Below, one piece after another: positions 63,245 to 64,000 of a stretch of DNA of 64,000 nucleotides. The DNA lies in NCBI GenBank assembly GCA_964506075.1, contig CAZDKO010000003.1, positions 1,510 through 65,509 on the forward strand, given 5' to 3'. This DNA is from an uncultured bacterium. GTDB lineage: Bacteria; CAZDME01; JAYEMH01. Numbering within the stretch: position 1 is the stretch's first letter; each line of letters opens with the position of its first letter. The notes under the pieces were generated by a model, which had not been told where the DNA came from, did no database searches, and worked only from the letters and a program-made list of their open reading frames with translations. The translations under genes and the position numbers were made by a program.

Positions 63245-64000
63245 ATGTTAAAGTTAACTAATTATGACTATCATTTGCCTGAAAAATTAATTGCTCAATA
63301 TCCTTCCGGTCAGCGGGATGAAGCCAGATTAATGGTTGTTTATAAAGGGAAGATTCAACATAGCGTCTTTAAAGACCTGGTCCGGTATTTACAGCCGGGT
63401 GACCTTTTAATCTTAAATGATGCGAAGGTGATTCCGGCACGCTTAAAAGCTAAAAAAGAAATTTCCGGAGGTAAAATAGAAATACTGCTTCTTCGGGAAC
63501 TGGATAAAAATTTATGGGAAGCTTTAGCCAAAGGCAGTAAGCGTTTAAAGTGCGGAATGAACATTTGTTTTAAAAAAAGTCAACTGGCGGCCGAAATTGT
63601 AGAAAAAAAAGAAAACGGGAAAATTATTTTAAAATTTGCCGCTTCCGGTAGGCTTAAAAAAATATTATGGGAACTGGGAGAAATTCCTCTTCCTCCGTAT
63701 ATAAAAAGAGAAGTGGAAGAAATTGACAGCTATCGTTATCAGACAGTTTTTGCTTCTTCAGAAGGAGCCGTTGCTGCCCCTACTGCCGGACTACATTTTA
63801 CCCCGGAACTTATTGAGAAACTTAAAAAACTCGGGATTGATCTTGCTTTTCTTACCTTGAATGTAGGCTGGGGGACTTTCAGCCCGATAAGAAAGGAAGA
63901 TTTAACTGACCATAGAATGGAAGAAGAGTCTTTTTATCTTTCTCCGGAGGCGGCTCATAAGATAAATGAAGCCCGCCGGAATAAACAGCGCATAATTGCG
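63245..64000 (+). CDS. queA: S-adenosylmethionine:tRNA ribosyltransferase-isomerase QueA (3' end outside window)
   Basis: It is not in the ORF track because there is no stop in the window. The ATG at 63245 gives MLKLTNYDYHLPEKLIAQYPSGQRDEARLMVV..., LILNDAKVIPARL and LPPYIKRE. The frame is open to position 64000. Confidence 0.9.
   Translation, partial: MLKLTNYDYHLPEKLIAQYPSGQRDEARLMVVYKGKIQHSVFKDLVRYLQPGDLLILNDAKVIPARLKAKKEISGGKIEILLLRELDKNLWEALAKGSKRLKCGMNICFKKSQLAAEIVEKKENGKIILKFAASGRLKKILWELGEIPLPPYIKREVEEIDSYRYQTVFASSEGAVAAPTAGLHFTPELIEKLKKLGIDLAFLTLNVGWGTFSPIRKEDLTDHRMEEESFYLSPEAAHKINEARRNKQRIIA

Noticed and set aside
1-64000. A search for mobile genetic elements, defence systems, toxin-antitoxin pairs, prophage genes, tRNA or rRNA.
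   Set aside because: No ORF shows transposase, integrase, recombinase, Cas, restriction-modification or phage hallmarks. No T-loop-like GGTTCGA motif or rRNA-like segment was seen in any spacer. The window reads as core chromosome.

Overview
This is a visibly AT-rich chromosomal segment from a diderm bacterium. The lineage cannot be named from sequence alone, and I see no rRNA or tRNA in the window. It is densely coding: 65 of the 67 CDS I call are on the + strand, and many have overlapping start and stop codons. The content is mostly core envelope biogenesis. It holds a tamB-like gene, bamA, skp and a nearly complete Raetz pathway (lpxD, an lpxC-fabZ fusion, lpxA, lpxI, a GnnB/GnnA-like pair, lpxB, msbA, waaA, lpxK, and lpxL fused to an ELM1-like domain). 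It also holds an LPS-core glycosyltransferase block with five GT9 heptosyltransferase-like paralogs, the Kdo pathway (kdsB, a DUF1846 gene, kdsA, kdsD, kdsC), and lptCAB plus lptFG. Other content is a fur-feoAB iron module, a ptsN-hprK-PTS(Man)-ptsH-ptsI block placed directly after lptB, metK-ahcY, an orphan EF-G paralog, yebC-ruvCAB, and three queuosine genes (queF, queH, queA). I found no transposase, integrase, CRISPR array or recognisable defence system. The most unusual signals are as follows:
- An LpxL-ELM1/DUF1022 fusion protein.
- A UPF0371/DUF1846 gene wedged inside the Kdo operon.
- A family of short palindromic, word-built intergenic elements. It includes a 42-bp module present three times and a 385-bp nested palindrome with crossing helices.
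- Loss of rpoN/hpf/rapZ from the lptB-ptsN junction.

All family assignments come from motif recognition by eye and gene context. No searches were run.
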